Origin: Solirubrobacterales bacterium
Lineage (GTDB): Bacteria > Actinomycetota > Thermoleophilia > Solirubrobacterales > 70-9
NCBI GenBank assembly: GCA_050697075.1
Contig: JBOGZC010000003.1
Coordinates: 846 to 64,845, forward strand
DNA length: 64,000 nucleotides
Reading direction: 5' to 3'
Shown: positions 61,648 to 64,000 of the stretch, piece after piece
How the letters are laid out: every line of letters starts with the position of its first letter
Numbering within the stretch: the first letter of the stretch is position 1
Translations under genes and position numbers: made by a program
The notes under the pieces: generated by a model
What the model was told of the DNA's origin: nothing
The model's input: only the letters and a program-made list of their open reading frames with translations
Database searches by the model: none

Positions 61648-63037
61648 CTCCCGCTTTGCCCTCCCGCCCCATCTGGAGCTGATCGACGAGCAGGTGGTCG
61701 AGGCGGTGTGGCGGGCGGGAAAGCGCGCCCGCCCCGAGATCGTGCTCGTCTCCGCGCCTCCCAGGCATGGGAAGTCGACGATCATCTCCGAGTACCTGCC
61801 GGCCTGGTTTCTCGGCACCTTCCCCGAGCGGCGGGTGATCTTGACCTCTTATGAGGCCGACTTCGCCGCTTCCTGGGGGGCGAAGACCCGCGGCCTGCTC
61901 GAGGCCCACGGGCGCTCGCTCTACGGGATCAGAGTCGATGAGCGCTCGCGCTCTGCCTCGCGCTGGGATCTGGCGGGGAAGCCGGGCGGGATGATCACCG
62001 CCGGGGTCGGGGGGCCGATCACCGGTCGCGGGGCGCATCTGCTGGTAATCGACGACCCGATCAAGAACGCCGAGCAGTCGCAATCGCCGACGATCCGCGC
62101 CAAGCAGTGGGACTGGTGGCTCTCGACCGCCAGGACCCGCCTCGAGCCCGGAGGCGTGGTCGTCGTCGTGATGACCCGCTGGCACCAGGGAGACCTCGGC
62201 GGGAAGCTCCTTCAGGCCTCCACCGAGGGCGGCGACCCAGTGAGGGAGATCCGCTTTCCGGCGCTCGCGGAGCGAAACGACCCCCTCGGGAGGGAGGTCG
62301 GGGAGCCGCTTTGGCCCGAGCGCTACGACCAGGAATATCTGGAGGCAAGCCGCGAGACGCTCGGCGCCCACTGGTTCGCGGCGATCTACCAGGGGCGGCC
62401 CTCGCCCGAGGAGGGGGGCATGTTCAACCACTCAGACTTCCGCTACTTCGCGATCGAGGGGGACGAGGTCGTCCTCCGCCAACCCGACGAGTCGAAGAAG
62501 CGCTTCCCGGTCAAGAGCTGCCAGAGGTTCCAGGTCGTCGACCTGGCGGCCTCCGAGAAGGAGACCGCCGACTACACGGTGATCGCCGAGTACTGGCGGA
62601 CCCCCGAGGCGGATCTCCTGGTCCGCTCGGTGGTCCGCGAGCGGGTCGCGGTCCCGGACCAGCCGGCGTTCTTCACCAAGCACCACACCGGCTGCCCGGT
62701 CAAGGTCGAGGCGATCGGCTATCAGAGCGGGATGGTCCAGACGATGAGCCGCGAGGGCTTCCCGGTCGAGTCCGTCTACCCCGACGCCGACAAGATCGGC
62801 CGTGCCGGGGTCGCCGGGGTGCTCTACCGGGGCGGGAAGGTCTACCACCTGGCCGGCGCCCCCTGGCAACACGACTTCGAGGCTGAGCTCCTCGCCTTCC
62901 CCGCCGGCGAGCACGACGACCAGGTCGACACGGTCGCCTATGCGGCCAAGGCGCTGCCGTCGATCTACGTCGGCGGCTATCGACAGAAGCGGAAGGGAAA
63001 GACGATCACCGGCGGGCTGATGAACAAGCAGTTCTAG
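61580..63037 (+). CDS. phage terminase large subunit
   Basis: Walker A-like VSAPPRHGKST. Walker B LLVIDDP. C-terminal nuclease ...HDDQVDTVAYA. Start uncertain (61538 or 61580). Confidence 0.85.
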   Translation: MRSPAELQTLARAGPAALGVLTDSRFALPPHLELIDEQVVEAVWRAGKRARPEIVLVSAPPRHGKSTIISEYLPAWFLGTFPERRVILTSYEADFAASWGAKTRGLLEAHGRSLYGIRVDERSRSASRWDLAGKPGGMITAGVGGPITGRGAHLLVIDDPIKNAEQSQSPTIRAKQWDWWLSTARTRLEPGGVVVVVMTRWHQGDLGGKLLQASTEGGDPVREIRFPALAERNDPLGREVGEPLWPERYDQEYLEASRETLGAHWFAAIYQGRPSPEEGGMFNHSDFRYFAIEGDEVVLRQPDESKKRFPVKSCQRFQVVDLAASEKETADYTVIAEYWRTPEADLLVRSVVRERVAVPDQPAFFTKHHTGCPVKVEAIGYQSGMVQTMSREGFPVESVYPDADKIGRAGVAGVLYRGGKVYHLAGAPWQHDFEAELLAFPAGEHDDQVDTVAYAAKALPSIYVGGYRQKRKGKTITGGLMNKQF

Positions 63038-63126
63038 GGCCCTGGTCGCACGAGCACGACTGGCGGTGTAGGAAACCCAGGTGCCCTACGGCGAGACGCT
63101 GCCGTTCAAAGCCCTGGTTCATGGCT

Positions 63127-63423
63127 CTAGCTGATGCGCTGCAAGGTCGACTTCACCTTCCGTAGGGCCGTCATGAGGCCACCCAAGTCATCCTCGGGAA
63201 GGACCTCTGCTCCGTTGCTCTCCCGCCGCTGAGCCGTCCGATTCACTTCATCGGCGAGCGTGTAGAAATCGTCGCCCTCGGTACGAATCTGGGTCATCTT
63301 GAGGCGAGGAAAGATGGCTGCGTGTCGATGCCATTTCTCGGCGGGCAAAAAGAAGTCGTACCCGTATCGCCCATCCTGATCCGCGGCGCGTATCCGGATT
63401 TCGTTGGTCTTGAGCTCCTGCAA
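63127..63423 (-). CDS. hypothetical protein; probably the C-terminal half of the 63453..64000 product, split by a frameshift
   Basis: Its frame is open upstream through ...GGDEDELRAALGDVEQIPEDLASLREAIADVLQELK... to a C6 run at about 63511..63516, where the upstream ORF leaves frame. Confidence 0.4.
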   Translation of the reverse strand: MQELKTNEIRIRAADQDGRYGYDFFLPAEKWHRHAAIFPRLKMTQIRTEGDDFYTLADEVNRTAQRRESNGAEVLPEDDLGGLMTALRKVKSTLQRIS

Positions 63424-63452
63424 GACATCAGCGATGGCCTCGCGGAGCGAGG

Positions 63453-64000
63453 CTAGGTCCTCTGGAATCTGCTCAACGTCCCCGAGAGCAGCTCGCAGTT
63501 CGTCCTCGTCGCCCCCCGCACATGCTTTGTGTTCATGGTGGCTAGGAGGGTGCGCAGGCGCTTGGTCATGTCACGGGTCATTTCGCCGTAGTCGTCTCCC
63601 TCCGGCTCCGCCCGGAAGATGGTCACTTCGACCTCCCCGAAGGCAGTCCTGATAAAGGCTTGGCAGCCAACCCAGTAGGCGTGCATTTCCCCCCATCTGA
63701 CGAAGCGACGGGCAGTCGCCATACGGTCGCCCTGATCGATGAGAGCGATCAAACCTTGTTCAGCAAGCGCCTTACGAGTGTCGCTGGGCGGCGCAGTTGG
63801 AAGCGCCGCGCGTTCGGCCTCGGACGACTGCAGGGAAAAGACGGCAAAGCCCTCATATGGATTGTCCGGGGTTCGCTCAACCCGATAGCGGCGCGTCTCG
63901 TCTACGTTGATTCCACGAACGCGCAGCTCGATTTCGAACTGACTGGCTTTGATCCGCCCCTGCGGGCCACCCTCTGTATAGGGGCGGATCTCGTGCTCAT
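63453..64000 (-). CDS. hypothetical protein, 5' end outside the window
   Basis: By hand translation the frame is open to the window edge (...EHEIRPYTEGGPQGRIKASQFEIELRVRGINVDE...). The ORF track shows only the part after an internal TTG. Confidence 0.45.
   Translation of the reverse strand, partial: EHEIRPYTEGGPQGRIKASQFEIELRVRGINVDETRRYRVERTPDNPYEGFAVFSLQSSEAERAALPTAPPSDTRKALAEQGLIALIDQGDRMATARRFVRWGEMHAYWVGCQAFIRTAFGEVEVTIFRAEPEGDDYGEMTRDMTKRLRTLLATMNTKHVRGATRTNCELLSGTLSRFQRT

Noticed and set aside
1-64000. CRISPR arrays, rRNA genes, riboswitch-like leaders.
   Set aside because: By eye I saw no regularly spaced short direct repeats, no rRNA-like conserved strings and no recognisable riboswitch cores. 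This is a manual scan, so small or degenerate elements could have been missed.

Overview
Very GC-rich bacterial DNA. The style looks actinobacterial, possibly Thermoleophilia or Solirubrobacterales-like; that placement is inference only. I found no rRNA, no intact tRNA and no CRISPR array.

**1-31.9 kb: secretome region rich in paralogs.** It encodes lipoproteins, TolB-like and delta-60 beta-propellers, two PASTA lipoproteins, an ECF sigma/anti-sigma pair and two copies of an RTX-repeat module. There is also a tyrosine integrase at 1248..2453. Many of these genes appear leaderless: a TANNNT -10 box sits 6-7 nt upstream of the start codon. Several genes carry frameshifts.

**32-53 kb: accessory mosaic.** It is punctuated by three same-orientation copies of a ~250-330 bp repeat. 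Each copy embeds a 63-nt 3' fragment of a tRNA-Ser(CGA). The region contains:
- a copper-flavoured cluster: CHRD, DUF4399-like, cupredoxin, a YHS-fused class III cyclase, DUF4396 and a CsoR-type palindrome
- two large beta-propeller surface proteins
- an IS481-family element flanked by CTAG
- an HxlR/MFS/hydrolase locus with a duplicated promoter cassette
- assorted redox enzymes

**53.1-64 kb: phage-like island, the most interesting part.** It holds:
- a fused XRE-ImmA/IrrE protein with an overlapping PIN-like gene
- divergently from that pair, a compact operon encoding a ubiquitin-like protein, an E2-like protein with no cysteine at the expected catalytic position, and a JAB::E1 fusion
- a dGTPase flanked by two DUF2188 genes
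- a ParB-methyltransferase and small and large terminase subunits

All product calls come from motif reading of the supplied translations. No database search was run.
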